Part shown: positions 61,301-64,000 of the stretch, piece by piece
How positions within the stretch are numbered: position 1 is the stretch's first letter
Layout: every line of letters begins with the position of its first letter
Source of the DNA: Phyllosticta citribraziliensis
Taxonomy: Eukaryota
DNA length: 64,000 nucleotides
Direction of reading: 5' to 3'
Assembly: GCF_038025025.1 (NCBI RefSeq)
Contig: NW_027117338.1
Location: 1,240,001-1,304,000 of the forward strand
Notes under the pieces: generated by a model
Database searches by the model: none
What the model was told of the DNA's origin: nothing
What the model saw: the letters and a program-made list of their open reading frames with translations, nothing else
Position numbers and translations under genes: made by a program

Positions 61301-62020
61301 TTAGGATATTCCCCTTAAATATACTATAACTAGTAATAAAGAATAGAGACCCCCTAGTAACTAGAAAAGATAGCTTATATAGTAGTATAAATACTATAAA
61401 AGAGAAGATAAGAAGCTTTTAAATTTATAAAGAATCTTATTCTTAAATCCTAAGAGCATATATACTAATAAGCTAATAAATACCGTCGCGCGCTAGACTT
61501 TATAGTTAGAGATTATATCTATATTAAGAAAACTAGATGGTCTACTAATTAGCTAAACCTTAAATTAGACTTCCCTAATACTAGACCTTTTAAGATTATA
61601 AGAATAGAAGGACCCTCTTACATCCTTAATCTTCTCTTATATATAAAGATAGTTAACCTTTTCTATACTAATAGGCTATATAAGGCCGAAATAGAACAGC
61701 TTCCTAGTTAGGAATATACTAAACCTAAACCTAAGATTATTTAAGACGAGCCTAAGTAGGAAGTAGACTATATTTAAGCTAGTTAAGTCTTATACAGGAA
61801 GCTTTAATACTAAGTTAAATAGATAGGATATAACTAAGATAACTAGTAGTATAATACAAGTTCTTTTAGTAGCGCGCTATAGAAAATTAAAGAATTCTAC
61901 TTATTATACCCTATTATAGCAGGACTACTAAAAAATCTAGAAAAATAGAAGGCTGCCTTCCTCTAAGAAGAACTATAGATTAAAATAGAAAGTAATAATA
62001 AAACAAGTCACTTAGGCCTA
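58358..62020 (+). pseudogene. pol pseudogene (PR-RT-RH-IN-chromodomain)
   Basis: PR IRALANTST (D-T-G type) near 58360. RT SPILIVKKPGRGWRFYIDY, HPLPLI, IYTKLNI, AFIDNML at 59100-59710. RH ETNIS, VAFYSK, KELLAI near 60.0-60.2 kb. IN GLL*PLEIP, LAIDF, PKSILSN*GP*F at 60.8-61.2 kb. Chromodomain *EVDYI...Y*VK*IGY near 61750-61830. Many TAA/TAG stops; boundaries approximate. Confidence 0.92.
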
Positions 62021-62049
62021 TAGTAAATATTATAAAGATATAGAAAGTA

Positions 62050-63200
62050 GACTAATTAGTTTACTATCTATCCTTATATAAATACTATTAATCTTAACTT
62101 CTACTCTCTAGTCTCTCCTTTTTACTACTTATTCCCTACTATCCTCTTCTTTAATTTCTACCCTTTACTTCTTTCCTTTTCCCTTCTTCTTATTATAATA
62201 GTCGTTATATAAGACCATCTCCTCTAGATCTTCTAGCTTATTAGGTAGGATGTCCTACTTAGCTAAAGCCTAATTAGTTTAATCCTCTAACCTAGCTTAG
62301 TAGTATAAGTTCTAGAACTCCTCTATATAAATTTCGTCTTTATACCTCTTATAATAAGCAGGCGGCTTAGTACCCTTTAAGTTACTTATAGTGTAGTTAA
62401 GGTTACCTATACCCTAAAGGCAGTTGGCGTAGCGGCCCTATAAGAAACTAGGCAGGTAGTAATAACTAATAAATACGCAAGTATTAGTATTATTATAATA
62501 CTTAGTGTAGCTAATAGGGTTGTTAATTCTAGTATACTAGATAAGAAAAGTATTATATAAGCTGGCTTAAGTTTTAACTAATAAGTAGTTAAATTGCTAA
62601 GTAGAAACTATAATATATAAGTAAGGTATACTATTACCTAAGGCCAAGATGCGCTTAGCGCGCTCTTATACTTTAGAACTACTAAGGTGCGCCTATATAG
62701 TTAGTTAGATAAGAATCCCTTATATTAGTAAGATAAACTTACTTATGCGACACTCTCTATATTCTTATAAGGGATGTAAAGTATTAACTTAAAGTCCTAC
62801 TTAATAGGCGCCTTATTAGAGCTAACTAGTAATGCCGCAACGCGAATCTTACTATTAATGCTATTATATAAAGTAGTAGGTAGTAAGTACTTAGCTGCTA
62901 GAACCTAATAAGCTGTAGGATTATAATAATAGTATATATAAGTAGGCTCTTTACCTTCTTCCTCTAAAACAGGCTGCGTAATAGTAAACCGGTAGCGATG
63001 TGGCGTAATAGGCTGGTTAGTAGTAGGCTATATAGCTATAAATAATAAACCTCGCGCGATAACTAATAATGCTGATTAAGTAGAACCTAATACTATAGTA
63101 TACTATAAGTAAAGTAATAAGCCTATAGCTGTTCCTAGCTAAATAAGTAAAGCCTAGCCTAACTAAGTCTTTATATAAGTGTCCTCCTCTATAATTATAT
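62050..63200 (-). pseudogene. RIP-degraded antisense ORF with DUF3716-like Cys pattern inside the retrotransposon
   Basis: One minus-strand frame reads YNTFLI*YTRINNPISYTKYYNNTNTCVFISYYYLPSFL*GRYANCL*GIGNLNYT, followed by acidic and KKKGKGKK basic stretches. Boundaries approximate. Confidence 0.6.
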
Positions 63201-63838
63201 TAGTTAGTAAGATGGGACGACGAAGTAGTAAAACCTAGATATATAATGCTACTTAATAGCCTAGATAATAATTAGTAATAGTTAGAGATAGAATTAAAGT
63301 TTACTTATTTTAGGACTCTATATAATAGTCCTTATAGATACTACTAGCTAAAACAGCTCCCTAAGTAAGCAGCGACTATAATAGATCGCGAACGATACTG
63401 TATAATAATAACTTAATACTATAACTCTTATATAATAGTAATAAGTCCTAATAGACTAGACTATAATAAGTAGTAGACGCATTAAGCGCACGGCGGCTAG
63501 GAATGTCTGCTTTACTATTAGTAGGGTATAAATTATTTAAATTATTAGAACCTTTACGCGTAATAGTTAGTTTACTAGATTATAGCTAAATTAGACTAGG
63601 ATAACAACGTACTTTAATAGGGAGCTTTAGATATAGCTAAGCAAGATAGCGACCTTCTATAGGTCGCGCAGTAAAAGAAATAGTAATAGAAAGAGATAGT
63701 ATAGTAGTAGACCTAGACTAATAATTATACTATATATATAGAACACTTAAATTGCTAAATTACTACTATTATATATTATAAGTCTGCGCCTATATAAGCG
63801 CCTATAGCTGCTAATTCCTATAATTTCAGCTTCTCTTT

Positions 63839-63848
63839 AGGGGGGGCA
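63839..63848 (+). other. Polypurine tract (plus-strand primer)
   Basis: AGGGGGGGCA lies immediately before TGTTACG of the 3' LTR. Confidence 0.85.
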
Positions 63849-64000
63849 TGTTACGATAGGCGTATATATACCTATATAAGTACTAGGGCCAGTATAGATA
63901 AACCTAGCATTATATAGTTATAGGAAGTATAAGCCTCACCTTAAGTAGCAGCCCGCTATAGCTTAGGCTAAAACCTACAGGCTGGCACTAGCTACTACAG
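63849..64000 (+). repeat. 3' LTR (partial)
   Basis: Starts with canonical TG after the PPT; 131 of 152 positions match the 5' LTR by manual count. Confidence 0.95.

Larger units (their letters stand above)
55510..64000. other. AT-rich RIP-mutated block
   Basis: Abrupt GC drop, strong TpA excess with CpA/TpG depletion, and near absence of ORFs. Confidence 0.95.
56032..64000 (+). mobile_element. RIP-inactivated Ty3/Gypsy LTR retrotransposon (chromovirus); 3' LTR runs off the window
   Basis: Direct repeats at 56032 and 63849, with a polypurine tract before the second. Degenerate gag CCHC, protease, RT, RNase H, integrase and chromodomain occur in Gypsy order. Confidence 0.95.

Noticed and set aside
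1..64000. CRISPR array, rRNA, secondary-metabolite cluster or Starship captain
   Set aside because: I saw no repeat-spacer array, rRNA-like sequence, PKS/NRPS gene or tyrosine-recombinase gene.

Overview
Intron-rich eukaryotic DNA from a filamentous ascomycete (Pezizomycotina): short GT-AG introns with CTRAC/CTAAC branch sites and a RIP-mutated AT-rich block. From 1 to about 55,400 it is GC-balanced and genic. It carries the 3' end of SAC1, MIC60, RCF1, a DUF1746/Dsc4-like gene, a Zip1-like bZIP factor, an SMP-30/gluconolactonase, a multi-AT-hook plus EVE-domain protein, a DHA1 MFS transporter, ILV1, MED8, a twin-CX9C protein, a secreted RNase T2, an intron-containing tRNA-Val(TAC), ADP1-type ABCG, RTC5 and mitochondrial bL36. 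It also holds two tandem paralog pairs that appear only after manual splicing: small secreted 6-Cys PAN/apple-like proteins at 39.9-41.4 kb, and small Myb/SANT-like basic proteins at 52.0-54.3 kb. From about 55,500 to the end it is AT-rich and dominated by a RIP-inactivated Ty3/Gypsy chromovirus. That element has its 5' LTR at 56,032 and 3' LTR at 63,849, and appears to carry an extra antisense Cys-rich (DUF3716-like) ORF between pol and the 3' LTR. All gene models were spliced by eye and family names come from motif recognition, not database searches.
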